A program made the translations under genes and the position numbers. A stretch of DNA of 63,536 bases, filler included. It is 8 parts of 8 records of this genome, joined end to end, with 100 filler letters (N's around TTAATTAATTAA, not from the genome) between each part and the next. Parts side by side here need not be neighbours in the genome. Positions count along the whole stretch, not along the records: positions 18,216 to 23,487 come from SRR11831585_525; positions 23,588 to 29,371 come from SRR11831585_526; positions 29,472 to 33,938 come from SRR11831585_527; 5 more parts are not named here. One strand, 5' to 3'. Below are positions 21,201-34,038 of this stretch, one piece after another. The notes below the pieces were generated by a model. It was not told the origin of the DNA. It ran no database searches and saw only the letters and a list, made by a program, of their open reading frames with translations. Within the stretch, counting starts at the first letter, position 1, and the number at the start of each line of letters is the position of its first letter.

Positions 21201-21365
21201 GTCAATCTCTTTCGCCATCTCCTGGAAAATGGCCTGTTGTGCATCAGGATTTTTAACCTTCTTCACGCCGTGCAGACGGCGAGAAAAACGCAGTCTGTCA
21301 CGCAGCATCAGCGAATCCAGCCGCTGCTGCAAGGCCGTAAAGGTCAATTTTTGTTGTTCTGTCAT
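18216..21365 (-). CDS. hrpA: DEAH-box ATP-dependent RNA helicase HrpA (3' end truncated by contig end)
   Basis: GETGSGKTT, DEAH, SAT and QRKGRCGR motifs. Confidence 0.97.
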
Positions 21366-21556
21366 AACGTTAGTGGGCAGTAGTCTGCCTGATTAATTTT
21401 CTTTTAAATGATAGATATAGAGTACCACATCGCGGCTTTCTATGCGTTGTTCAATAAATTCGAACATAGGCTTCGATTTATTGCGCTATCTCTGTGGCAG
21501 GATTGTGAATAAAGTGTCAACAAGCAACGGGGCATCGCCCATTCAAACATCTATAA

Positions 21557-22171
<615 letters not shown>

Positions 22172-22185
22172 CCGGACACGGTCTT

Positions 22186-22215
22186 GATGTGGACTGTAGA
22201 TATTCAGTCCACATC
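22186..22215. terminator. 11-bp hairpin between convergent azoR and ynbD
   Basis: GATGTGGACTG...CAGTCCACATC. Confidence 0.55.
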
Positions 22216-22224
22216 TCAATCCAC

Positions 22225-23487
<1,263 letters not shown>

Positions 23488-23587
23488 NNNNNNNNNNNNN
23501 NNNNNNNNNNNNNNNNNNNNNNNNNNNNNNNTTAATTAATTAANNNNNNNNNNNNNNNNNNNNNNNNNNNNNNNNNNNNNNNNNNNN
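23488..23587. other. Artificial contig spacer
   Basis: N44-TTAATTAATTAA-N44. Confidence 0.99.
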
Positions 23588-23806
<219 letters not shown>

Positions 23807-23825
23807 TTAACGGCTCCTGTTTAAG

Positions 23826-25019
23826 TTAAGACTTGGACTGTTCAGGCTGAGCACCGCTTGCGGCTTGCTGGTTATTATCAGCGGTAACTTCTTGTGCTTT
23901 TACCTGGACACCAGGACGCACTTTCTGCAGCCCACTTATTACTACGCGATCGCCTGCTTTCAGACCTTCTGTCACCAGCCACTTATCGCCAATAGCCTGG
24001 CTTGCAACGATCGGACGGGTTTCCACTTTGTCATCCGCGCCAACTACCAGTACGGTGGCATCGCCACGCGGCGTACGGGTTACGCCCTGTTGCGGGACTA
24101 AAATAGCGTTTGGATTAAGCCCTTCTTCCAGACGTGCGCGCACGAACATACCCGGCAGCAGAGTGTGATCCGGGTTCGGGAAGATAGCGCGTAGGGTGAT
24201 AGACCCAGTGGTCTGATCAACGGTAACGTCAGAGAATTCCAGCGTACCGTCCTGCGGGAACTTAATGCCGTCACTGGTGATCAGTGACACTTTGGCTTTG
24301 CCGTTCTCTTGTTTCAGCGTGCCATTCGCCAGTTCCTGTTTCAGGCGCAGGAAGTCGTTGCTGGACTGGGTCACATCAACGTAGATCGGATCAAGTTGCT
24401 GCACGGTTGCCAGCGCAGTCGCCTGACCGTTCTGTACCAATGCGCCTTCCGTCACGTTCGACTTACCAATGCGACCGCTAATCGGAGAGGTGACTTTGGT
24501 GTAAGCCAGATTGATCCGCGCAGTTTCAACGGCAGCTTTCGCCGCAGTTACCGCAGCATTCGCCTGTTGCGCATCAGCCAGAGCCTGATCGTACTCTTGC
24601 TTACTGATGTACTGAGTACCGAGCAGTTTCTGATAACGATTCACCGTCAATTGCGCGATATTGGCTGCAGCCTGGGCTTTCGCCAGATCACCTTTCGCAC
24701 TGTCGTATGTCGCCTGATAGGTCGCAGGATCAATCTGATAGAGAGAGACACCTGCTTCGATGTCGCTACCTTCTTTGAAATTACGCTTCAGGATAATCCC
24801 GCTAACTTGAGGACGAACTTCTGCGATCCGGTAGGCACTGGTGCGACCCGGAAGCTCGGTTGTGATCTGCAGAGGTTCAGTTTTGACTGTTACTACGCCA
24901 ACGGCGGGCATCTGCTGGCCACCTTGTTGGGCCTGTTTGTCGTCACATCCTGTTAGGGCTAAGCTGCCTGAGAGCATCAGAACGACCGCCAGAGGCGTAA
25001 ACCCTCTGTTTTTGTTCAT
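23826..25019 (-). CDS. acrA: Periplasmic adaptor lipoprotein AcrA
   Basis: ATG at 25019 gives 397 aa (MNKNRGF...LTGC lipobox). Confidence 0.98.
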   Translation of the reverse strand: MNKNRGFTPLAVVLMLSGSLALTGCDDKQAQQGGQQMPAVGVVTVKTEPLQITTELPGRTSAYRIAEVRPQVSGIILKRNFKEGSDIEAGVSLYQIDPATYQATYDSAKGDLAKAQAAANIAQLTVNRYQKLLGTQYISKQEYDQALADAQQANAAVTAAKAAVETARINLAYTKVTSPISGRIGKSNVTEGALVQNGQATALATVQQLDPIYVDVTQSSNDFLRLKQELANGTLKQENGKAKVSLITSDGIKFPQDGTLEFSDVTVDQTTGSITLRAIFPNPDHTLLPGMFVRARLEEGLNPNAILVPQQGVTRTPRGDATVLVVGADDKVETRPIVASQAIGDKWLVTEGLKAGDRVVISGLQKVRPGVQVKAQEVTADNNQQAASGAQPEQSKS

Positions 25020-25108
25020 ATGTAAACCTCGAGTGTCCGATTTCAAATTGGTCAATGGTCAAAAGTTAATAAACCCATTGCTGCGTTTATATTATCGTCG
25101 TGCTATGG

Positions 25109-25132
25109 TACATACATTCACAAATGTATGTA
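25109..25132. promoter_or_regulatory. AcrR operator
   Basis: 24-bp inverted repeat TACATACATT-CACA-AATGTATGTA in the acrR-acrA intergenic region. Confidence 0.9.
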
Positions 25133-25160
25133 AATCTAACGCCTGTAAATTCACGAACAT

Positions 25161-25180
25161 ATGGCACGAAAAACCAAACA
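25161..25180. promoter_or_regulatory. Marbox (MarA/SoxS/Rob site) of the acrAB promoter, overlapping the acrR start
   Basis: ATGGCACGAAAAACCAAACA fits the marbox pattern (GCAC...CAAA). Confidence 0.75.
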
Positions 25181-25808
25181 AGAAGCGCAAGAAACGCGCC
25201 AACACATCCTCGATGTGGCTCTACGTCTTTTCTCACAGCAGGGGGTATCATCCACCTCGCTGGGCGAGATTGCAAAAGCAGCTGGCGTTACGCGCGGTGC
25301 AATCTACTGGCATTTTAAAGACAAGTCGGATTTGTTCAGTGAGATCTGGGAACTGTCAGAATCCAATATTGGTGAACTAGAGCTTGAGTATCAGGCAAAA
25401 TTCCCTGGCGATCCACTCTCAGTATTAAGAGAGATATTAATTCATGTTCTTGAATCCACGGTGACAGAAGAACGGCGTCGATTATTGATGGAGATTATAT
25501 TCCACAAATGCGAATTTGTCGGAGAAATGGCTGTTGTGCAACAGGCACAACGTAATCTCTGTCTGGAAAGTTATGACCGTATAGAACAAACGTTAAAACA
25601 TTGTATTGAAGCGAAAATGTTGCCTGCGGATTTAATGACGCGTCGCGCAGCAATTATTATGCGCGGCTATATTTCCGGCCTGATGGAAAACTGGCTCTTT
25701 GCCCCGCAATCTTTTGATCTTAAAAAAGAAGCCCGCGATTACGTTGCCATCTTACTGGAGATGTATCTCCTGTGCCCCACGCTTCGTAATCCTGCCACTA
25801 ACGAATAA
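25161..25808 (+). CDS. acrR: TetR-family repressor AcrR (intact)
   Basis: 215 aa; HTH region [16 protein letters not shown]. Confidence 0.98.
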
Positions 25809-25935
25809 CCCTGAATCTGACTCCAGGATTTTTCCTGGACATTTTCGTCGTTGCTATTCTGGTTCACTGCGTCGTGATATTCTTGCGGTTTGACTTTTTC
25901 AGGTCGTTCTTCAGGTTCAGAAACCTTCATTCATC

Positions 25936-28900
25936 ATGACTATGTTCCAGTATTACAAACGATCACGGCATTTTGTTTTTTCAGCATTTATTGCTTTTGT
26001 TTTTGTCTTGTTATGCCAGAACACGGCGTTTGCGCGGGCGTCATCGAATGGTGATCTGCCGACAAAAGCGGACCTGCAGGCGCAACTTGACTCACTAAAT
26101 AAACAAAAAGATCTTTCTGCTCAGGACAAACTGGTGCAGCAGGATCTGACAGATACATTAGCCACCCTCGATAAAATCGATCGCATAAAAGAAGAGACAG
26201 TTCAGCTACGGCAAAAAGTCGCTGAAGCGCCGGAAAAAATGCGCCAGGCGACCGCGGCGTTAACAGCACTTAGCGATGTCGATAACGACGAAGAAACGCG
26301 CAAAATTCTGAGCACGCTGTCGTTGCGCCAGCTGGAAACTCGCGTTGCCCAGGCGCTGGACGATTTGCAAAACGCACAAAACGATCTGGCGTCTTATAAC
26401 AGCCAGCTGGTTTCGTTACAGACGCAGCCCGAACGCGTGCAAAATGCGATGTATAACGCTTCGCAGCAGCTGCAACAAATTCGCAGTCGTCTGGATGGGA
26501 CTGATGTCGGCGAGACAGCCTTACGTCCCAGCCAGAAAGTGTTAATGCAGGCCCAGCAGGCGTTGCTGAATGCGGAGATTGACCAGCAGCGTAAAAGCCT
26601 GGAAGGGAACACCGTCTTGCAGGATACCTTGCAAAAGCAACGTGATTACGTGACGGCGAACAGCGCTCGTCTGGAGCACCAGTTACAACTGTTGCAAGAA
26701 GCGGTAAACAGCAAGCGCCTGACTTTAACCGAAAAAACGGCGCAGGAAGCCGTCTCCCCGGATGAAGCCGCGCGTATTCAGGCTAATCCGCTGGTGAAGC
26801 AGGAACTGGAAATTAACCAGCAGTTAAGTCAGCGTCTGATTACCGCGACTGAAAACGGTAATCAGTTGATGCAGCAAAACATTAAAGTCAAAAACTGGCT
26901 GGAGCGGGCGCTGCAATCGGAACGCAATATTAAAGAGCAGATTGCCGTCCTGAAGGGCAGCCTGCTGTTGTCTCGTATCCTTTACCAGCAACAACAAACG
27001 CTGCCCTCGGCGGATGAACTGGAAAACATGACCAACCGCATCGCGGATTTGCGTCTCGAACAGTTTGAAGTTAACCAGCAGCGTGATGCACTCTTCCAGA
27101 GCGATGCGTTCGTCAACAAACTGGAAGAAGGTCACACCAACGAAGTCAACAGCGAAGTTCACGATGCGTTATTGCAAGTGGTTGATATGCGTCGCGAATT
27201 GCTGGATCAACTCAACAAACAGTTGGGTAACCAGCTGATGATGGCCATTAACCTGCAAATCAACCAGCAGCAGTTAATGAGTGTGTCGAAAAACCTGAAA
27301 TCCATCCTGACTCAGCAAATCTTTTGGGTGAACAGTAACCGTCCAATGGACTGGGACTGGATCAAAGCGTTCCCGCAAAGCCTGAAAGATGAATTTAAGT
27401 CGATGAAAATCACGGTGAACTGGCAAAAAGCCTGGCCCGCCGTTTTTATCGCTTTCCTCGCTGGTTTGCCGCTGCTGTTGATTGCCGGGCTGATCCACTG
27501 GCGTCTGGGCTGGCTGAAAGCGTATCAACAAAAACTGGCTTCCGCTGTGGGTTCCCTGCGTAACGACAGCCAGCTCAACACACCAAAAGCGATCCTTATC
27601 GACCTGATCCGTGCGCTGCCGGTGTGCCTGATTATTCTCGCGGTTGGCCTGATTCTGTTGACCATGCAGCTCAACATCAGCGAACTGCTATGGTCGTTCA
27701 GCAAAAAACTGGCGATATTCTGGCTGGTGTTTGGCCTGTGCTGGAAGGTACTGGAGAAAAACGGCGTTGCCGTACGTCACTTCGGCATGCCGGAACAGCA
27801 GACCAGCCACTGGCGTCGGCAAATTGTCCGCATCAGTCTCGCATTGCTGCCTATCCATTTCTGGTCTGTGGTGGCAGAACTTTCCCCGCTGCATCTGATG
27901 GATGATGTGCTGGGGCAAGCGATGATTTTCTTCAACCTGCTGCTGATTGCCTTCCTGGTATGGCCGATGTGCCGCGAAAGCTGGCGTGATAAAGAGTCGC
28001 ACACCATGCGACTGGTCACCATTACCGTGCTGTCGATAATCCCGATTGCGCTGATGGTGCTGACTGCTACAGGCTACTTCTACACTACGCTGCGTCTGGC
28101 AGGACGCTGGATTGAAACCGTTTATCTGGTGATCATCTGGAACCTGCTGTACCAGACGGTACTGCGTGGCTTAAGCGTAGCGGCGCGGCGTATCGCCTGG
28201 CGTCGTGCGCTGGCGCGTCGGCAGAATCTGGTGAAAGAGGGCGCAGAAGGTGCTGAACCGCCGGAAGAACCCACCATTGCACTGGAGCAAGTTAACCAGC
28301 AGACGCTGCGTATTACCATGTTGCTGATGTTTGCGCTGTTCGGTGTCATGTTCTGGGCAATTTGGTCCGATTTGATCACCGTGTTCAGCTATCTCGACAG
28401 CATCACGCTCTGGCATTACAACGGCACTGAAGCTGGCGCTGCGGTGGTGAAAAACGTCACCATGGGCAGTCTGTTGTTTGCGATTATCGCCTCAATGGTG
28501 GCCTGGGCGTTGATTCGCAACCTGCCTGGTTTACTGGAAGTGCTGGTGCTCTCGCGACTGAATATGCGCCAGGGCGCGTCGTATGCCATTACTACCATCC
28601 TTAACTACATCATTATTGCTGTTGGTGCGATGACGGTGTTCGGATCGCTGGGCGTCTCTTGGGATAAACTCCAGTGGCTGGCCGCAGCATTATCCGTAGG
28701 TCTTGGTTTTGGTTTACAAGAAATTTTCGGTAACTTCGTCTCCGGTTTGATCATTCTATTCGAACGTCCGGTGCGTATTGGCGATACGGTAACCATTGGT
28801 AGCTTCTCGGGGACGGTAAGTAAGATCCGTATTCGTGCGACAACGATTACCGATTTCGATCGCAAAGAAGTGATCATCCCGAACAAAGCGTTTGTTACCG

Positions 28901-29298
28901 AGCGTCTGATCAACTGGTCGTTGACTGACACTACTACGCGTCTGGTGATCCGTCTCGGCGTGGCCTATGGCTCCGATCTGGAAAAAGTGCGTAAAGTGTT
29001 ACTGAAGGCGGCGACTGAGCACCCAAGGGTGATGCACGAACCAATGCCGGAAGTCTTCTTTACGGCATTTGGTGCCAGCACGTTGGATCATGAGCTGCGT
29101 CTGTATGTGCGTGAACTGCGTGACCGTAGTCGTACTGTCGATGAGCTGAACCGTACTATCGATCAGCTGTGCCGTGAAAACGACATCAACATTGCCTTTA
29201 ACCAGCTTGAAGTGCATCTGCACAACGAGAAGGGCGATGAGGTGACGGAAGTAAAACGCGACTACAAAGGCGATGACCCGACGCCAGCGGTAGGGTAA
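25936..29298 (+). CDS. mscK: K+-dependent mechanosensitive channel MscK (KefA)
   Basis: 1120 aa; coiled-coil periplasmic domain and MscS core (GLGFGLQEIFGNFVSG). Confidence 0.97.
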   Translation: MTMFQYYKRSRHFVFSAFIAFVFVLLCQNTAFARASSNGDLPTKADLQAQLDSLNKQKDLSAQDKLVQQDLTDTLATLDKIDRIKEETVQLRQKVAEAPEKMRQATAALTALSDVDNDEETRKILSTLSLRQLETRVAQALDDLQNAQNDLASYNSQLVSLQTQPERVQNAMYNASQQLQQIRSRLDGTDVGETALRPSQKVLMQAQQALLNAEIDQQRKSLEGNTVLQDTLQKQRDYVTANSARLEHQLQLLQEAVNSKRLTLTEKTAQEAVSPDEAARIQANPLVKQELEINQQLSQRLITATENGNQLMQQNIKVKNWLERALQSERNIKEQIAVLKGSLLLSRILYQQQQTLPSADELENMTNRIADLRLEQFEVNQQRDALFQSDAFVNKLEEGHTNEVNSEVHDALLQVVDMRRELLDQLNKQLGNQLMMAINLQINQQQLMSVSKNLKSILTQQIFWVNSNRPMDWDWIKAFPQSLKDEFKSMKITVNWQKAWPAVFIAFLAGLPLLLIAGLIHWRLGWLKAYQQKLASAVGSLRNDSQLNTPKAILIDLIRALPVCLIILAVGLILLTMQLNISELLWSFSKKLAIFWLVFGLCWKVLEKNGVAVRHFGMPEQQTSHWRRQIVRISLALLPIHFWSVVAELSPLHLMDDVLGQAMIFFNLLLIAFLVWPMCRESWRDKESHTMRLVTITVLSIIPIALMVLTATGYFYTTLRLAGRWIETVYLVIIWNLLYQTVLRGLSVAARRIAWRRALARRQNLVKEGAEGAEPPEEPTIALEQVNQQTLRITMLLMFALFGVMFWAIWSDLITVFSYLDSITLWHYNGTEAGAAVVKNVTMGSLLFAIIASMVAWALIRNLPGLLEVLVLSRLNMRQGASYAITTILNYIIIAVGAMTVFGSLGVSWDKLQWLAAALSVGLGFGLQEIFGNFVSGLIILFERPVRIGDTVTIGSFSGTVSKIRIRATTITDFDRKEVIIPNKAFVTERLINWSLTDTTTRLVIRLGVAYGSDLEKVRKVLLKAATEHPRVMHEPMPEVFFTAFGASTLDHELRLYVRELRDRSRTVDELNRTIDQLCRENDINIAFNQLEVHLHNEKGDEVTEVKRDYKGDDPTPAVG

Positions 29299-29307
29299 AA
29301 ACGAAAG

Positions 29308-29328
29308 GGGGCAACATTTAGTTGCCCC
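29308..29328. terminator. Hairpin after mscK
   Basis: GGGGCAAC-ATTTA-GTTGCCCC. Confidence 0.55.
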
Positions 29329-29357
29329 GAGATTGCTAACAAAGTGCGCGTTGTTCA

Positions 29358-29371
29358 TGCCGGATGCGGCG
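29358..29371. repeat. Partial REP element at contig end
   Basis: TGCCGGATGCGGCG is the left arm of the REP consensus. Confidence 0.8.
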
Positions 29372-29471
29372 NNNNNNNNNNNNNNNNNNNNNNNNNNNNN
29401 NNNNNNNNNNNNNNNTTAATTAATTAANNNNNNNNNNNNNNNNNNNNNNNNNNNNNNNNNNNNNNNNNNNN
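29372..29471. other. Artificial contig spacer
   Basis: N44-TTAATTAATTAA-N44. Confidence 0.99.
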
Positions 29472-30991
29472 TCATGCAGCTTCGGCAGCATGTAGCTTAA
29501 GGTTGGGGTTTCTTCCCCTTTACGCACGCGCAGCACGTGGTAGTGCGGGGTTTCCATCTGATCGTTTGGCACAATTACACAGCGCACACCGTCCTGACGA
29601 GTTTCAATGGCATTTACCGCAGAACGTTTTTCATTCAGCAGGTAAGAAGCGATTGGCACAGGAACAATGGCGTGAACTTCCTGGGTGTTCTCTTTCAGCG
29701 CTTCTTCTTCGATCAGACGCAGAATAGAGAGCGACAGCGATTCGTTGTCACGCACGGTGCCAGTACCAGAACAACGCGGACAAACGTGATGACTGGATTC
29801 ACCCAGTGATGGGCTCAGGCGCTGACGGGACATTTCCAGCAGGCCAAAGCGAGAAATATGGCTGATTTGAATACGCGCACGGTCCTGACGCACCGCTTCA
29901 CGCAGACGGTTTTCTACCGCACGCTGGTGGCGTACTGGCGTCATGTCGATGAAGTCGATAACAATCAGGCCGCCGAGGTCACGCAGGCGCAGCTGACGAG
30001 CAATCTCATCGGCAGCTTCGAGGTTAGTGTTAAACGCGGTTTCTTCGATATCGCCGCCGCGGGTCGCGCGTGCGGAGTTGATGTCGATGGCCGTTAACGC
30101 TTCGGTGCTGTCGATAACAATGGAACCACCAGACGGCAGACGAACTTCACGCTGGAAGGCGGACTCGATCTGTGACTCGATCTGGTAGTGGCTGAACAGC
30201 GGGATCTCGCCGGTGTACAGTTTGATTTTGCTGCTGAAATCCGGGCGACCTAATGCAGCGATATGCTGACGTGCCAGTTCGAGCACTTTCGGGTTATCGA
30301 TAAGGATTTCGCCGATGTCCTGACGTAAGTAATCGCGGAATGCGCGAACGATTACGTTGCTCTCCTGATGAATCAGGAACGGGGCCGGGCGGCTTTCAGC
30401 GGCTTTTTTGATGGCTTCCCAGTGTTTCAGACGGAAGCTTAAATCCCATTGCAGCGCCTCAGCAGATTTGCCGACGCCAGCGGTGCGCACGATAAGCCCC
30501 ATGCCTTCCGGCAGTTCAAGGCTTGCCAGTGCTTCTTTTAATTCGGTACGGTCGTCGCCTTCGATACGGCGAGAAATGCCACCCGCGCGCGGGTTGTTCG
30601 GCATCAGAACCAGATAGCTACCCGCCAGACTGATAAAGGTGGTTAATGCCGCGCCTTTGTTGCCGCGCTCTTCTTTATCGATCTGAACAATGACTTCCTG
30701 ACCTTCACGCAACACATCTTTAATGTTGGGACGACCATGAGCACTGTAGTTAGCAGGGAAATATTCGCGGGCAATTTCTTTTAGTGGGAGGAAACCGTGA
30801 CGTTCAGCGCCGTAATCAACAAAAGCAGCTTCCAGACTCGGTTCAATGCGGGTGATTTTACCTTTGTAGATGTTTGCCTTTTTCTGCTCGTGCCCTGGAC
30901 TTTCGATATCCAGGTCATACAGACGCTGCCCATCTACAAGGGCAACGCGCAACTCTTCCTGCTGAGTTGCGTTGATTAACATTCTTTTCAT
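29472..30991 (-). CDS. rne: Ribonuclease E, catalytic N-terminal half (cut by contig end)
   Basis: [16 protein letters not shown]1 domain, DINS, DFIDM and CPRC Zn-link. Confidence 0.98.
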
Positions 30992-31352
30992 CGTAACTTA
31001 CTCATTATTCTTACATTGACGACTAAGCTGCGGGCAAAGTAACGCCTTTCCGGGTGTGAACCGATGGCCTCGTGTCTAGTCGCGTCGCCAACCTCACGGT
31101 TATCGTCAGCTCAAAGAGGCGCAGAGTGTCGGTTGCCCGTTTTTCATGCGGAAAAACAGCGCAATTATCAAAGAAACAGACTGGGTATTACTCTCCAGAA
31201 ATATTTCCATCTACCGGTAAGGACTGCAACCCGCAGCCCGCTAACTGCCTGAAAGATCAATACGTCTTACGCCATTGCTGCGTGGATGATCGGTCGGGCA
31301 AAATGGGTTATTCCGTAAAATTTCTTGTTTTAACAAGGATGGACACGGAAAC
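30992..31352 (-). ncRNA. rne 5' UTR autoregulatory leader (approximate extent)
   Basis: Position upstream of rne; the roughly 360-nt structured leader is recalled knowledge and its 5' end was not mapped from the sequence. Confidence 0.7.
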
Positions 31353-31446
31353 GGCCTCATTATTCCACTGCAAGCCTTGTTATAGCAAGATGACTTTTAC
31401 CATTTATCACCCGCTTACTCACAGTTTTTTCACTTCTTGCTGGTGA
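31126..31446 (+). CDS. yceQ: Dubious ORF YceQ antisense to the rne leader/promoters
   Basis: GTG at 31126 gives 106 aa ([10 protein letters not shown]...), matching the annotated YceQ; coding status doubtful. Confidence 0.45.
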   Translation: MSVARFSCGKTAQLSKKQTGYYSPEIFPSTGKDCNPQPANCLKDQYVLRHCCVDDRSGKMGYSVKFLVLTRMDTETASLFHCKPCYSKMTFTIYHPLTHSFFTSCW

Positions 31447-31563
31447 TTGGTTTAATAACCATCAATAAAGTGATCACGCAGTGAAGTAATAAGGTGCAAA
31501 AGTAAATATAAGCATAGAAAAATGAGTGGCGCGAATCCTGTTGGCTAATTAGAATCGCCAACC

Positions 31564-32523
31564 ATGAAAACAGAGACTCCATCCGTAAAAATTGTTGCTA
31601 TCACCGCTGACGAAGCGGGGCAACGTATCGATAACTTTTTGCGTACCCAATTGAAAGGCGTACCAAAAAGTATGATTTACCGTATTTTGCGTAAAGGCGA
31701 AGTGCGGGTGAACAAAAAACGTATTAAGCCTGAATATAAACTCGAAGCGGGTGATGAGGTGCGTATTCCACCGGTTCGCGTTGCTGAGCGGGAAGAAGAG
31801 GCGGTTTCGCCACATCTGCAAAAGGTGGCGGCGCTGGCGGACGTCATCTTATATGAAGATGATCACATCCTGGTGCTGAATAAACCTTCCGGTACGGCGG
31901 TACATGGCGGCAGTGGTTTAAGCTTCGGCGTTATTGAAGGTTTGCGGGCGTTGCGCCCGGAAGCGCGGTTCCTTGAACTGGTTCATCGTCTTGACCGGGA
32001 CACCTCAGGTGTTTTGCTGGTAGCGAAAAAACGCTCGGCGTTGCGTTCTCTGCATGAGCAATTACGTGAAAAAGGGATGCAAAAAGATTACCTGGCGCTG
32101 GTGCGCGGTCAGTGGCAGTCGCATGTGAAGAGCGTTCAAGCACCGTTACTGAAAAATATTCTGCAAAGCGGCGAACGTATCGTGCGTGTGAGTCAGGAAG
32201 GCAAACCGTCGGAAACACGCTTTAAAGTGGAAGAACGCTATGCATTTGCCACCCTGGTGCGTTGTAGCCCGGTAACAGGGCGTACTCACCAGATCCGTGT
32301 GCATACACAATATGCGGGTCATCCGATTGCCTTTGACGATCGCTACGGTGACCGTGAATTTGACAGGCAGCTCACTGAAGCAGGCACGGGATTAAATCGC
32401 CTGTTCCTGCACGCTGCAGCGTTGAAGTTTACTCATCCGGGGACCGGTGAGGTGATGCGTATCGAAGCTCCGATGGATGAAGGTTTGAAGCGTTGTTTGC
32501 AAAAGCTGCGTAACGCGCGCTAA
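31564..32523 (+). CDS. rluC: 23S rRNA pseudouridine(955/2504/2580) synthase
   Basis: 319 aa; S4 domain, HRLDRDTSG and GRTHQIRVH motifs. Confidence 0.98.
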   Translation: MKTETPSVKIVAITADEAGQRIDNFLRTQLKGVPKSMIYRILRKGEVRVNKKRIKPEYKLEAGDEVRIPPVRVAEREEEAVSPHLQKVAALADVILYEDDHILVLNKPSGTAVHGGSGLSFGVIEGLRALRPEARFLELVHRLDRDTSGVLLVAKKRSALRSLHEQLREKGMQKDYLALVRGQWQSHVKSVQAPLLKNILQSGERIVRVSQEGKPSETRFKVEERYAFATLVRCSPVTGRTHQIRVHTQYAGHPIAFDDRYGDREFDRQLTEAGTGLNRLFLHAAALKFTHPGTGEVMRIEAPMDEGLKRCLQKLRNAR

Positions 32524-32554
32524 TACAAGCATATAAACCTGATAATGGGCGGTT

Positions 32555-32626
32555 GGCCTGATAAGGCGTTTACGCCGCATCAGGCCGCCAGCACCGATTG
32601 CCGGATGCGACGTAACCACATCCGGC
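32555..32626. repeat. REP pair between rluC and yceF
   Basis: GGCCTGATAAGGCGTTTACGCCGCATCAGGC and TGCCGGATGCGACGTAACCACATCCGGC. Confidence 0.85.
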
Positions 32627-32634
32627 GCAAAAAA

Positions 32635-33219
32635 CTATCCCATCAGCGGGTTTTTCCCTTCCCGACGTAACATCTGACACAGCGCGATTAGCGGTAAACC
32701 AACCAGCGTGTTAGGATCACGCCCCTCTAAACGCTCAAACAGCGTAATGCCAAATCCTTCACTCTTAAAGCTACCCGCGCAGTGCAGGGGATGCTCTTTA
32801 CGCACGTAATTATCAATCTCCGCCTCGCTCAGGTGACGGAAATGGACGTCAAAAGGCTCCACTTCTGTTTGCAGATGCCCATTCGCCGAATTAAACAACG
32901 CCAGTCCAGTATAGAAGGTGACGATATTGCCGCTGGCTTTGCGTAATTGCAGACGGGCATTTTCTTCCGTTAACGGTTTACCGGTGATTTCGCCATCAAG
33001 AACACATACCTGGTCTGAACCAATAATTAAATGATCCGGATAACGTGACGCCAGAGATTGCGCTTTTTCTTGTGCCAGTCGAAGCACCAACTGTCGCGGT
33101 GATTCGTCGCTGCGTGGGGTTTCGTCGACCTCTGGTGCTGCACATTCAAAAGAGATTTGCAGTTTTTCCAGAAGAGCGCGACGCCATGGCGAGGTGGAGG
33201 CTAAAATAAGTTTAGGCAT
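32635..33219 (-). CDS. yceF: Maf-family m7GTP pyrophosphatase
   Basis: ATG at 33219 gives 194 aa; [14 protein letters not shown] and GKP motifs. Confidence 0.96.
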
Positions 33220-33381
33220 ATTTTTTTCCATCAGATATAGCGTATTGATGATAGCCATTTTAAACTATGCGCTTCGTTTTGCAGGTTGATGTTTGTTATC
33301 AGCACTGAACGAAAATAAAGCAGTAACCCGCAATGTGTGCGAATTATTGGCAAAAGGCAACCACAGGCTGCCTTTTTCTTT
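33213..33381 (+). ncRNA. sraB: sRNA SraB (PsrD)
   Basis: Intergenic sequence TAGGCATATTTT...AAAAGGCAACCACAGGCTGCCTTTTTCTTT ending in a terminator; position and sequence as recalled for SraB. Confidence 0.75.
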
Positions 33382-33405
33382 GACTCTATGACGTTACAAA
33401 GTTAA

Positions 33406-33938
<533 letters not shown>

Positions 33939-34038
33939 NNNNNNNNNNNNNNNNNNNNNNNNNNNNNNNNNNNNNNNNNNNNTTAATTAATTAANNNNNN
34001 NNNNNNNNNNNNNNNNNNNNNNNNNNNNNNNNNNNNNN
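33939..34038. other. Artificial contig spacer
   Basis: N44-TTAATTAATTAA-N44. Confidence 0.99.
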
